DNA of 64,000 bases from a virus. The position numbers and the translations under genes were made by a program. The DNA is taken from IMG/VR virus record IMGVR_UViG_3300045988_162176, positions 128,001 to 192,000 of that record; one strand, written 5' to 3'. The notes under the pieces are model-generated. The model ran no database searches, was not told the DNA's origin, and was given only the letters and a program-made list of their open reading frames with translations. Positions 1-10,101 of this stretch are shown piece by piece (position 1 is the first letter of the stretch; every line of letters starts with the position of its first letter).

Positions 1-1007
1 GTCCTTAATCGTTCATTGTATCTTAAATAGTTGTCATATAACAATTTGTCAGCTTTATAAACTTCTTCATATTTATCGTCAAAGTCTTTATCAAAACCTA
101 AATAAACTGTATCTACTCCAAGTTTTTCTAAAGCTCTAATTTGCCAATCTGAAACATTAAAGCCGCAAGTTGCCACTACGCAACTTTTACCTTTAAAATA
201 AGTGTCTGCTTTTAAAACACTCTTTTCTCCCTCAACTATAACTGCTTTTTTAAATCTTTTTATGTTTTCTTTATTCTCATAAAGTCCATACAAATTTAAT
301 CCGAGAGGATGGTCAAATTCTTTGCCAGTCATAAATAAAGGCATATATTTTCTTTTAGAATCTTCTGGTTGTAAACTTCTTCGTCTAATACCAACCAAAT
401 GACCATCTATATTATAATGAGGAATAATTATATATTTTTGGTATTCGTACCATTCAATACCAAATTTTTCCATAGAGGGAATGCTAATCCCCTCATCAAT
501 CCAACCCTTATAAAAAGTATTACGGTCAAAATAATTAAAAAGACATTTATAATCATCATAAAACTTTGTAATTTTAGCTTCATGGAATTGTTGTCTTCTT
601 TCAATATCTTCTGACTGTTTTATCATATCAGATAATTGTCCACGTAATTCTGGTGAAACATCATTTCCAAAGCCTACACGACTTCGAGATAATGATTTTC
701 CAACCTTTTTTGCTATGTAAACAATTACCTTACTATAAAACTCTCCATCTTTAGCATTACGAATTCTTTTTATAAATTCAAAAAAATTCATTCGCCCACA
801 ATTCGTATAGCAGAAAAAGTCTTTGCTTTCTGTAAAGAAACATAATTTATGACTGTCTCCACCATGACAAATTGTTTTAAACCAAAGACATTTTTGTTGA
901 GTTCTTCCATCTGTAGAAGTTGAGTATAAAGGAGAACCATTTTCTTCCATGATGTTAATAACTACATCTTCTGTTACCAACTTCAACAGTTCATCTTTAT
1001 CTATCAT
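1..1007 (-). CDS. DNA primase, DnaG-like (Zn finger + TOPRIM); C-terminal end lies beyond the window
   Basis: The minus frame is open from ATG 1005-1007 to the window edge. It is missing from the ORF track because there is no stop in the window. Hand translation gives MIDKDELLKLVTEDV.., a Zn-finger-like CHGGDSHKLCFF..FFCYTNCG, and TOPRIM-like VIVEGEKSVLK and YLGFDKDFD. A GAGG SD lies upstream. No in-frame TAG. Confidence 0.8.
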   Translation of the reverse strand, partial: MIDKDELLKLVTEDVVINIMEENGSPLYSTSTDGRTQQKCLWFKTICHGGDSHKLCFFTESKDFFCYTNCGRMNFFEFIKRIRNAKDGEFYSKVIVYIAKKVGKSLSRSRVGFGNDVSPELRGQLSDMIKQSEDIERRQQFHEAKITKFYDDYKCLFNYFDRNTFYKGWIDEGISIPSMEKFGIEWYEYQKYIIIPHYNIDGHLVGIRRRSLQPEDSKRKYMPLFMTGKEFDHPLGLNLYGLYENKENIKRFKKAVIVEGEKSVLKADTYFKGKSCVVATCGFNVSDWQIRALEKLGVDTVYLGFDKDFDDKYEEVYKADKLLYDNYLRYNERLR

Positions 1008-1019
1008 AACCAACCTCTG

Positions 1020-2147
1020 TTAATAATCTATTTCTTCTTCCTCTTTAGATGAAGCCTTTTTTTCTTCTTCGTCTTCATCCTCTTCTACCATTCTAAATTT
1101 TCTGCTTTCGGGAGATTCTAAGAATGGTTCTTCTTCGTTATCCAAAGTTTCCTTTATCCTTTTAACAACATCTTCTGTATCTTCAAATACATCAAAAGTA
1201 CCTTCCTCTTTTGCCGTTTCTGCAATATCAACAGCATCACTTATTATCTGTCCACGAATAGCATCTTTATCATTAGTGAAAATTACTTTCTGGTCTTCCT
1301 CGACACGAGTAAATGTTTGTGGAATATCTAATAAATCATAATCATAATCAGTACAGAATAAATCATGGACCCTCATTGTTGCATAATCAACGTATAACCA
1401 AATTTTACATTTAGTATATTCTCCACCACGATTCTTATACACAGATATACATCTATTAGGTTTATATTTTAAAAATCTATTTTTGATAATCTTCTCTAAA
1501 TACTTTTCTTCTTTTTTAGATACTTCTGATACAATAGAAGCTGTATCAACCTTATCAATGATAGCTTTAGCTCCACGAACAATGGTTTGGTCACGATTTT
1601 GCTCATTTTTAAAATCACCAGAAACCTGCGTCCAAGTATCTATACTAATATCATATTTTCGGGTAAGCTCTTTTAATTTTAAGCTCAAATTAGCAAGAAC
1701 TTGGTCTTCACGAATTTGCATCCTTGCTTTGGCGTTAGCTTGGAATTCACTAATTAAATCAGTGGTTACATGAATATAATCAAAGAAAACATTTCTTACT
1801 CCATGCTGAAGAACATGCTGTTCAATAATATTTTCTAAAGTACCAATATCATAATCAGGTACATATTCAAGATAAATATGTCCTTCTTCATTAAGAATTC
1901 TAATGGCTTCATCCACACGCTCTTCTTCATCCCCATAATACTTACCAGTCATAATGTGCTCTTGAGGAACATCAGCAATATAAGCCCATAAGATAGGCTC
2001 AATTTCTGTGATAAGTTCCATTTCTGTTCCAATATAAAGAGCAGCATTTTGAGTGCCATTTGGATTCTCTACAAACTCCATCTTATTAGAATCCCAATAC
2101 TTCGGAGTAAAAGAATGACAAAGATTAGCAATTGTTAAACGGGTTTT
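1020..2147 (-). CDS. DnaB-like (SF4) replicative helicase, exon 2
   Basis: Track ORF 1020..2081 extends upstream in frame to 2147 (KTRLTIANLCHSFTPKYWDSNKMEFV..). It contains ALYIGTEMEL and VFFDYIH motifs typical of DnaB-family ATPase cores. Joined to exon 1 it completes the Walker A GTGVGKT. TAA stop. Confidence 0.75.
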   Translation of the reverse strand, partial: KTRLTIANLCHSFTPKYWDSNKMEFVENPNGTQNAALYIGTEMELITEIEPILWAYIADVPQEHIMTGKYYGDEEERVDEAIRILNEEGHIYLEYVPDYDIGTLENIIEQHVLQHGVRNVFFDYIHVTTDLISEFQANAKARMQIREDQVLANLSLKLKELTRKYDISIDTWTQVSGDFKNEQNRDQTIVRGAKAIIDKVDTASIVSEVSKKEEKYLEKIIKNRFLKYKPNRCISVYKNRGGEYTKCKIWLYVDYATMRVHDLFCTDYDYDLLDIPQTFTRVEEDQKVIFTNDKDAIRGQIISDAVDIAETAKEEGTFDVFEDTEDVVKRIKETLDNEEEPFLESPESRKFRMVEEDEDEEEKKASSKEEEEIDY

Positions 2148-2415
2148 CGATTTGTTATCGTAAAGTTTTTTATCTTTACTTCTGCAACATTACATTGCAG
2201 TCCAGCATAACTTTTCACGCTTAATGTCGATGCGTGGTGCGGCCTCGTGGTAGGATTATATCTTTTCACCTACTATGCGTTGCCCCTGACTATATTTAAT
2301 ATAGCCTTCGGTTCTGATTGCCTTTATATACGGTTTTCCAGCTTAATTCCGCACTAATAATATTAAATCTTCAATCGACTTGATTTAACACGGCATTTCT
2401 AATTTATTAGAGTTT
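2148..2415 (-). ncRNA. Group I intron (ORF-less) inside the helicase P-loop codons
   Basis: 268 nt with no ORF, GC-richer than its flanks. The minus strand carries core-like elements GGAATTAAGCTGGAA (P), GGCAATCAGAAC (Q), CGCATCGACATT (R) and AAATATAGTCAG (S). The upstream exon ends in U (GGU) and the intron ends in G (..AAAUCG). Boundaries are inferred. Confidence 0.65.
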
Positions 2416-3099
2416 ACCTACACCCGTTCCAGCAGAAGAAACAGCAAATTTTCTTGGCTGAATACCTTTTGTTATGGTAGTCATATAGTTACTTGCATAA
2501 GACAAACCATAAGCAGGAGTTTTCTTCCATTCTTCTTTTTGCTTTCGAGCCTCTTCACTACCAGCTTTAACACTATCACGCCCAACTTTAGGGCTATATT
2601 CCTGAGTGATATTAGACACCTTTTGTCTAAAATGATTTAGTATATCATCAATAGTCATTTGACTAAATTGATATCTTTGTTCATCGGCAATTTCAGGGTC
2701 CTCTTCATTCGGGTCAAAAATTTCATCTACATCAATGCCAGATTTAAGATAAGCACGAAGCAAAGAGAACTTTTTCATTTCTTGATAATTAGTATTAAAA
2801 TTTTCTGGCGTAGCTAATTCTTTCGCTTTTTCAACATAAAGATTGCCATTATTTCTCGTATAAATATTATATAAAGACTGCAAATTGTTTTTTAAGTAGT
2901 CATCAATAATATATTGGTCAAGCTTTACCGCGCCTTGCGAGAAAAGATTGTTTATCGCTACAAATAAAAGCTGATGGAAAGCTTCAACAAAATCTTTTTT
3001 GTCAATCTTGTTACTTGCTAATAAAGTTGGATTCTACAGTAAACAACCAAGAACTTCTTTAATTGCAGATTTGCTTTGATAGTCTCTATAATCCGCCAA
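2416..3099 (-). CDS. DnaB-like replicative helicase, exon 1 (N-terminal domain to first half of Walker A)
   Basis: TTG start at 3097-3099 behind a GGGAGGG SD. This is track ORF 2407..2883 plus an upstream extension through one in-frame TAG (3034-3036). Sequence ..SAIKEVLGCLL[TAG]NPTLLASNKIDKKDF.. resembles the DnaB N-terminal domain and ends ..SSAGTGVG at the splice site. Confidence 0.7.
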
Positions 3100-3100
3100 G

Positions 3101-3802
3101 TTAACCCTCCCATTCTTCAGGATGTTCAGACATTATTTCCTGAATATCTCTTTGTAGTTCTGATAAATACATATTATCTTTTCCTCTTTGCTTTTGAACT
3201 TCTCGTCTAAAATTATAATCTCCAATAAAATCTGTATTAACAAGACCATCATCAACGATATCATCCGCAGAAATTTCTTCTTTATGATTTCGTTTATCTC
3301 GTTTTTCATCATCCTCTTCTTGTTTTTTAATAATTTCAGAACGAGCAACATCTATTGCCACAGGTGGTTTTGTTAAGATATACTCAATAAATTCAGATTT
3401 AGTCATTCTCGTTTCTTTGTACTTTTGCCAAAATTCTCTTGATTCAGCAAAATAACGCACAACCATGAAAATGTCTGATTCTGTTTCTATTTTAGGAGCT
3501 GGATTATCAGCATACTCATACATGTAATATAAAGTATAAAGAATTTGAGAATTAGTTAAACCATATTTTTCTTTTATCTTTTTTATATGAGAAGCTATAA
3601 GAGGAGCATTAACCCATTCTCTCATACCTAATCCATCCCAAAGGTAATCGGTCAAAAGCCTATAATCTTTTGCATCTTGCGCTGGCTATTTCCCACAAAT
3701 AGGGCAATAATTTTTACCATTTACAGTAATAATTTCCTCAGTAGGAAACATTTTACCACAAACACTACATTTTCTATTTTTCTTTGGCGCTATAATCCTC
3801 AC
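3101..3802 (-). CDS. Zinc-ribbon protein, possible replication organiser or helicase-loader
   Basis: Track ORF 3101..3655 extends upstream through an in-frame TAG (3686-3688). The N-terminal part has CSVCGK..CPICGK. It sits between the ATPase and helicase genes. The start (GTG 3800-3802 or a nearby codon) is uncertain, and the function is inferred from position only. Confidence 0.35.
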
Positions 3803-3874
3803 TCCTTCCTTAAAAATATTAAAACGGAAAATAAAGGGGAATAGTAATCAGTTTTACTATTCCCCAATAATTGT

Positions 3875-4894
3875 TTATTCTACTGTAATATTATTTTCAG
3901 TACAGTAATCTTTCAAATCATCGAGAATAAGTAAAAGCATATCCAATTGAGATTCATCGCAATCTTTTACACTCTTACCCTTTCCAAGATACTCTGCAAT
4001 AATCTTCTTATATTCCGTACTACCAGTGTTATGAATTGCCTTTACATAACTACCGATTTCAGCAATAAGCTCATCAACGCTCTTCTTTTCATCTTCGGTT
4101 ACTTCGTTATCCTTAAAAAGATTAACCTCGTTATCAACAACTGTAGCACCGTGAGCCTTTTGTTCATCAATAGCCTTTGCCATATCATCACGCAATGCTT
4201 CATAAGTAAATGGAATGCATTCAGACATATAGGGGCTACGAGAACCAGCCTCAAGATGTTTGTTACCTCTCATCGTAAGCATAGAATGAACATTACCCTG
4301 TTCATCAGTTTCATAAGAAGCATAACCAGTTACGTCAACAAGACGAGAAACAACAAGGAATCCACGGTCAGGTACAGTAGGAATAGTCTTATCATACTTC
4401 TCGCCGTTTTCCTTAATCTGCTTAGTGGTGGCATGAGAAATACAAATCAAAGTATAACCAGCTTTAACAATCTCTTGAAAGAACTTATCATACTCACGAG
4501 ACAAAGCACGATAACCACGCATCTTTTCAGTCTCGTCAAGATAATCTACACCTTCTTTGTCTACGATATACTTTTCACAAAGGTCGTAGGCAATATCAAT
4601 AGTATCAACAATTACCGTTTTAAAGATTGTTTCTCTATTTTCCTTTTCAGCCGCTTCTGCATCTTTAAGCAACTGCTTCTTTACTTCAAGAGCTTCTTTC
4701 CAAGTGTTAATTGGCTGTGCAATAATGCCATCCAAGAAACCATAACCCTTTTCAAAGCCTAGCAAAATAGGCTTGGGGAATTTACAAGCGTTTGTAGTTT
4801 TGCCACTTTTTCTTTCTCCATAAATAAGAAAGCTCTTACCGCTAAGGTCACGAGTGACCACATTAGGCTTAATGCTAAAAATATCAATACCCAT
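3875..4894 (-). CDS. RecA-like / AAA_24 (Sak4-like) ATPase
   Basis: 339-aa track ORF with Walker A GERKSGKT near the N-terminus. It lies in the replication module next to the SSB. No TAG, TAA stop. Confidence 0.6.
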   Translation of the reverse strand: MGIDIFSIKPNVVTRDLSGKSFLIYGERKSGKTTNACKFPKPILLGFEKGYGFLDGIIAQPINTWKEALEVKKQLLKDAEAAEKENRETIFKTVIVDTIDIAYDLCEKYIVDKEGVDYLDETEKMRGYRALSREYDKFFQEIVKAGYTLICISHATTKQIKENGEKYDKTIPTVPDRGFLVVSRLVDVTGYASYETDEQGNVHSMLTMRGNKHLEAGSRSPYMSECIPFTYEALRDDMAKAIDEQKAHGATVVDNEVNLFKDNEVTEDEKKSVDELIAEIGSYVKAIHNTGSTEYKKIIAEYLGKGKSVKDCDESQLDMLLLILDDLKDYCTENNITVE

Positions 4895-4950
4895 TATTTA
4901 AATGTCTCCTTTTAAAAATTTTGAATTATTTTTAGTTGTCGATTAGAAAA

Positions 4951-5898
4951 TCAGAACGGAATATCATCGTCATCATCAACAACAGGAGACATCTTTCCAG
5001 AACCCTTCTTACCAAAGCCTGTAGGGGCAGAAGAACTACTACCACCCTTAGAACCCTGATATCCAGCTTCCTCAAGTTCCTTCAAACGACTTGCTCTCTC
5101 ATTGAGCATAGCCTTACACATCTGAGGAGTGATAATCATATCTTCCTGCTCATCTTCATCATAAGCAATATCACCACCCGTAAGAACCATTTCAAGATAG
5201 CTCTTACCCTCAGTCACTCTCTGCTGACCAAAACCCTTGGTCTTAGGTTTTGCTTCACCCTTTTCATTAGGCTTCCAACTAACGTACATCTTGGCGGTAG
5301 CTCCCTTAACATAACCGTTATCTTCAAGAGCATCCACAAAATCTTTGGGAATAATAATGTTCTTAATATCAAGAGCGTTATGATAAAAGTCCATACTAAT
5401 AAGATTAAGACGCTTTCTACCAGTAGGCTTCTTGTCATCTTCTGGGCCACGTTCTTCATCAGTAATACTCTTAATATATCCCTCGATATCAAGGTCGCAA
5501 GCAAATTCATCAAAATCATTAAAAAACTGCATAGAGGCAATAGTACCTTCGTGAAGCTGTTCATCAGACCCAACGTAATCATTTGCACTAAGAGAACCCA
5601 CAAGCTTTACCATGGTAGCGTTTTCTTTATCCTTAGTAAGAGGAACAGCCGTCTTCAACCAATTCAAAACCTTTTCATAGTTTTCGCTATCAGTTCCATC
5701 AGCCTTCTTTGCCTTAATAAAAGAGGAAAACTGTCTGGTCATTAAACTATCTTCGCCACACTGGATTTGTCCACGAATACGAATATAGTCAACGCCATTT
5801 TTGTCTACGCCCTACTTGGACTCAATATCAGCGAGATAACCCGCAAGAGTCACACTATTTGCCAATCTACGAATTTGGTCAGTATTTTTTGTAGCCAT
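4951..5898 (-). CDS. Single-stranded DNA-binding protein
   Basis: Track ORF 4951..5742 extends to ATG 5896-5898 through an in-frame TAG (5812-5814). The acidic C-terminal tip ..VVDDDDDIPF is the classic SSB tail. TGA stop. Confidence 0.6.
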
Positions 5899-5933
5899 TA
5901 TTTTTGTACTCCTTTAATTTTGTCTTTTAATTT

Positions 5934-6113
5934 TTAGTCTTCATTTTCATTGTTATCATCGTCATCGTCAATAGACTTGTAATCATTACAAGCATCAAAC
6001 GTCAAAGTAACGCCCAAATCTCTTCGAGCATCCTCAAGAAAAGGCTTAAGCTTTGCATACGCCGAGCACTTCACTAAAAAACGACAATCTTCACACGCAA
6101 GATTATTAACCAT
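5934..6113 (-). CDS. Small acidic-tailed hypothetical protein (59 aa)
   Basis: Below the track size cutoff. ATG 6111-6113 follows an AGGAG SD. Translation is MVNNLACEDCRFLVKCSAYAKLKPF...DDDDDNNENED, with a TAA stop. It is the first gene after the predicted promoter. Confidence 0.45.
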   Translation of the reverse strand: MVNNLACEDCRFLVKCSAYAKLKPFLEDARRDLGVTLTFDACNDYKSIDDDDDNNENED

Positions 6114-6164
6114 TTTACTATCTCCTAATTATTTAAAAAATCAACCTACCTTGGTTGTGAATAA

Positions 6165-6193
6165 AATATAGCATAGTTTTTTCATCTTGTCAA
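6165..6193 (-). promoter_or_regulatory. Sigma-A-type promoter for the replication module
   Basis: The minus strand reads TTGACA, a 17-nt spacer, then TGcTATATT (extended -10), about 50 nt upstream of the 5934..6113 gene. Confidence 0.55.
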
Positions 6194-6238
6194 GCATTTC
6201 TAAAAAATTTTTTCTTGAGGGCTCCCAAGTAATTCATC

Positions 6239-7189
6239 TTATCCTTCCCATTCAGAAAGAGGCTTTAGCGTTATATAATCTAAACCCGTAAGTTCATCAA
6301 TTATTTTTTTACAATCAGTGTAAACGATTTGTGGATAAGTTGTTAAACTGTCCCAACTACCTTTATAATTGCTTTTACAAAATTCTTTCGATATTTTTAT
6401 ATCTTCATTCACAGGATGTAAAAAAACACAATTTCCCGAATAATATTTTGTATTATCTCCATCTTTATAACTATCCCCTTTTGTCCAAACAGAACCATTT
6501 TGTATTTCCTTTACACTGGCTGAAAAAATTATCGTTTTATATTTTCCAGCTCCTAATTGACTATCATCTGTCACCCCTGCAAAAATTCCATTTCCCGTTA
6601 TTGTTTGCTCTTGTCTATCACCATTATATTTCCAATATGTTTCTATTCCACAAACATTTGGCGGTAACTCTTCTATATCAAGTACATCAATGTTTTTTAA
6701 ACTGAAAGCTATAGAGGATTTCTTTGCATATTCATATTCTTGGTATGAATGTACATTCAAATAAAAACAATTTCTGCCATTTGAAGTAATTAATCTACTA
6801 CCAGTAACTCCATACCCCGAACTTCCTGCTGTATATTTCATCACAGACCCATCTGGTTTTGTAAAAGTCGCAATATCATCATTAAATTCTAATTTAATTC
6901 CAATCGCCTTAAATGCCTCAACCAAAAATTGTTCCCCCGGCTCACCCGAGCCGATATAGTGTTGTAAAGCACTTGAATAATACGCATCTCGTTTTGCAAG
7001 TGCAACAGCATTTACATCCATAGCATGAATAAAACCGTTAAATGATTCTTCGTTAACTATAATAGAACTATCCAATAATTTATAAAAAAAATCGTATGTA
7101 TATGCCCTGTCATAATTATTTCCCATTGATACCATTCTTTGTAATAATCGGACCAAAATATATTTGTATTGTCCAGAAGTGTAAGACAT
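6239..7189 (-). CDS. Hypothetical protein, translationally coupled to uppS
   Basis: 316-aa track ORF whose ATG overlaps the uppS TAA (TAATG). No TAG codons and no motif I recognise. Confidence 0.5.
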   Translation of the reverse strand: MSYTSGQYKYILVRLLQRMVSMGNNYDRAYTYDFFYKLLDSSIIVNEESFNGFIHAMDVNAVALAKRDAYYSSALQHYIGSGEPGEQFLVEAFKAIGIKLEFNDDIATFTKPDGSVMKYTAGSSGYGVTGSRLITSNGRNCFYLNVHSYQEYEYAKKSSIAFSLKNIDVLDIEELPPNVCGIETYWKYNGDRQEQTITGNGIFAGVTDDSQLGAGKYKTIIFSASVKEIQNGSVWTKGDSYKDGDNTKYYSGNCVFLHPVNEDIKISKEFCKSNYKGSWDSLTTYPQIVYTDCKKIIDELTGLDYITLKPLSEWEG

Positions 7190-7848
7190 TAAGATACACC
7201 CCCATATTTTCTTTTTATACCCTGAAATGTTTTAACTGCGTGCTTAAATTCCCCAATAGATAAATCTGGAAATAAAGTATCTGTGAAATAAAGTTCAGAA
7301 TAAACAGATTGCCATAATAAGAAGTTGGACATACGATGATATCCACCAGTCCTGATAATTAAATCTGGTTCGGGAAGATTTTGATACAAAGCAGCAGTAA
7401 TCTCATCTTCTGTTCTCGCTCCCTTAGCAATAGCATCAACAATCTCCATTCGACCAGAGTAATTACAACATAGATTCAATATCATACCATCACAATCTTT
7501 CGTCTCATTTTGAATTAAATCCATTTTAGACAAATTTTCTTTTGGAACTCTCTCTTTCGTTCCTGATATTAAAACACGAATATTGTTTTGTTTAAATTCT
7601 TCATATCTATCAAAATATTTGTTTGCCATTTCAAATAATTTATCAACTTCCTCCTTGGGGCGATTCCAATTTTCCCATGAAAAGCAGTAAACAGATAACA
7701 CAGGGATATTTAATCCTACACACCAATGCGTCATATCCTCCAACTTTTTCAGACCTTGCTCATGCCCTGCGGAACGTTCTAAGCCACGTTTTTCCGCCCA
7801 ACGTCCATTCCCATCTGCGATAACCGCAACGTGTTTTAATTGATTCAT
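7189..7848 (-). CDS. uppS: Undecaprenyl-diphosphate synthase (cis-prenyltransferase)
   Basis: The track ORF carries UppS hallmarks: HVAVIADGNGRWA, FSWENWNRP and RTGGYHRMSNFLLWQSVYSELYF. It is collinear with E. coli UppS as I recall it. GGGAGG SD, no TAG. Confidence 0.85.
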   Translation of the reverse strand: MNQLKHVAVIADGNGRWAEKRGLERSAGHEQGLKKLEDMTHWCVGLNIPVLSVYCFSWENWNRPKEEVDKLFEMANKYFDRYEEFKQNNIRVLISGTKERVPKENLSKMDLIQNETKDCDGMILNLCCNYSGRMEIVDAIAKGARTEDEITAALYQNLPEPDLIIRTGGYHRMSNFLLWQSVYSELYFTDTLFPDLSIGEFKHAVKTFQGIKRKYGGVS

Positions 7849-7863
7849 AGTCTTCCTCCCTTG

Positions 7864-8859
7864 TTATTCCGCTGCCGTCTTAGGAAATGTTACTTGAACA
7901 ATCCCACTGTTTGCCTGATTTGTAATTGTTGTTGCACCATTAAGAGTAAAGAAATTTTCAGGTACGCCGTCAAGCTTGTATCCCCTTTTTGGGGTAAGAG
8001 TAATAGTGGCAGAATAGCTTGTATTTGCTTTGAAACTACTGTCTGCTGGGTTCCAAACAACAGTTGCATCATATTGCTCATTTTCATTTGTTTTCTTAAC
8101 AGCAACCTCCCCTTTAACTGGCGCTTTAATTCCAAGTATATCATTTTGAGTAACAGTTACTAATATATCACACTCATCAAGTCCGTAAAGTGCTATAGTT
8201 ATATCATTCTTGGGAACATCAACACAAGAAATATAAATCGTTGTATATCCTGCAATATTCTTTTTTGTGTCAGGCGCTACATAGTTGATATTAGGCAACG
8301 TTAAAGCAGAATCTATAACTTGCTGAGTATTAACATAACTATCATTGTTTTTTGGTAGGCCTATTTGTACCCCATATTCCCCTGGTTTACTTCCATTTAC
8401 TTTTAATACATAAGTATGTCCGTTTTCAACTGCGTCCCAATTAGTAAGGACAAAATCAAGGGGTTCTCCAACAACATAAATGATTTCTGAAGGCCGTGGT
8501 AAAGAACCTCCATCACCATTACTAATCCTATAATTACTAGGAGCAATATTTTTAAATGTTGTTTCATGTTTTGCTGTAACCCAGCAATTATTAAAACTTC
8601 CTGTTTTAAGCATTATTTCAACAGAATCTCCTTCTTTTAACTCAAAAGGTGTTTGATTTTGAATCCTTGTAAATTTAGATTCTTTCTCCCGAGGTAGCAT
8701 TACATCCACAGTACCATCACTATTTACATTTGCAACAACTGCGCTTTCTATTTTTGGAGAGGTCTTTTTTATTTCTTGTTTTACGCATAAAACAATTCTA
8801 CGCAGCATTTCATCTGCATATTCATCATAGTTGTCGTTAAATTCATTATTTTCATTCAT
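7864..8859 (-). CDS. Tail or baseplate protein with C-terminal Ig-like beta-sandwich repeat
   Basis: 331-aa track ORF directly after the baseplate-like genes. The C-terminal ..YDATVVWNPADSSFKANTSYSATITLTPKRGYKLDGV.. resembles surface-protein Ig-like repeats. No TAG. Confidence 0.4.
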   Translation of the reverse strand: MNENNEFNDNYDEYADEMLRRIVLCVKQEIKKTSPKIESAVVANVNSDGTVDVMLPREKESKFTRIQNQTPFELKEGDSVEIMLKTGSFNNCWVTAKHETTFKNIAPSNYRISNGDGGSLPRPSEIIYVVGEPLDFVLTNWDAVENGHTYVLKVNGSKPGEYGVQIGLPKNNDSYVNTQQVIDSALTLPNINYVAPDTKKNIAGYTTIYISCVDVPKNDITIALYGLDECDILVTVTQNDILGIKAPVKGEVAVKKTNENEQYDATVVWNPADSSFKANTSYSATITLTPKRGYKLDGVPENFFTLNGATTITNQANSGIVQVTFPKTAAE

Positions 8860-8863
8860 ATAT

Positions 8864-10090
8864 TTATTTTTCTCCTTGACTTTCCTTTTGACTTGTACTA
8901 ACAGGTAAATCAGAAGTATTACAACAACTTAAACTTATCTACCCATTTTCGGCAGTATAAGAAATAGAAGTTATAAGTAGTTTTTCTCGTTTTAACTAAA
9001 GAAAACCATCTTCTACCTCACATAAATTATTTACTGTTAAAATTGGATTGAAACTTACAGTCATAGAAAAAGAAACCCCAACAAAACTAGCCTATCTTAA
9101 ATAATAATTTGCCAAATTCCTTGCTAAATCTTCATTCCAAATCTAAGAAGATGTATATGGAGCATCCATCCTTCTACCAATTCTTTCGACACAAATTGGA
9201 GATGCAGGGTTATTATTTTCAACAATAGCAGCACAAATAGAAGAATCTATACCATCACCAACAACCTTAACACAATTAATAACATTTTCGTTTTGATATT
9301 GTAAATTCATATTATGCAAATCTTGACCTATCTCTTGATATGTCCAAATAATAGGTTTTGTTGAATCGTCTACAGTTTCATTTAATGGATAAAAACACAA
9401 ATTACCAACTGTATTATAATAATATTCTGCCGATAGCTATGTTGCCAAAGATTCAATTATTACACTTAAATTCTCCCGCTATTCTGCCCTAATGGTTTGT
9501 TGAGTTTTCATCCGAACAAACGAAGGGTCGAAAATAGGTTCTTTATAATCTAATATATAACCATTTCCTTGTGCAAAATTAAGAACGCCATTTACAGCAT
9601 CTATTATATCACTGCCAAGTTTAACTTCATACGCAGTTTCTAAAGTTCCTGTCTTTCCTTCAAAAATTGCGTATTTATCAGACAATTGAAGTTGAACGGT
9701 CTTATTAGCATCCCCTCTGGATAAATCTATTTCTCCCATTATATAAACCCGTTTGGGAAACCAAATTATTTGCCGTTCATATTCTATTCCCACATCAAAA
9801 CTAAACCTAGTATTAATCCATAACCCGTTCATATTAGGAGTATATTGACCTTTATCATTTATTAAAGTAACGCCAATACTTCTTCTCTAACCATTCTAAT
9901 AGTTTTCAGTGTAATTTAAACCATTAAGAACAATATCTTTTTCTGGTATAATATACTATATTTGTTCATCAGGGGTTAAAACAGATAATCTAAAACGAGG
10001 TTTAACAACAGGTCTTTCTAATATTTTTTTTAATACATAAAAAGGAATTGCATTCTCTTCTCTTAAAAGAATATCACCAAAAATACTCAT
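8864..10090 (-). CDS. Baseplate / tail hub-like structural protein
   Basis: ATG 10088-10090 follows an AAGGAG SD. Track ORFs 9479..9832 and 9143..9400 share its frame, and all gaps are bridged only by TAG (about 9). TAA stop at 8864-8866. Function is inferred from position. Confidence 0.5.
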
Positions 10091-10101
10091 TGCAATCTCC
10101 T

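Noticed and set aside
2090-2110. Apparent frameshifts in the helicase (near 2100) and the ClpP-like gene (near 37445) on my first pass
   Set aside because: Both disappeared on recounting positions against the ORF-track frames. They were my transcription slips, not features of the sequence.
3947-5745. Long plus-strand ORFs in the track (3947..4762, 4936..5745; similarly 40104..40733, 46773..47444, 49462..50007 and 50509..51291)
   Set aside because: Each lies antisense to a minus-strand gene with clear motifs. Their translations are low-complexity, Ile/Leu/Phe/Ser-rich and lack SD sites. They are shadow ORFs favoured by the codon bias of the real genes.
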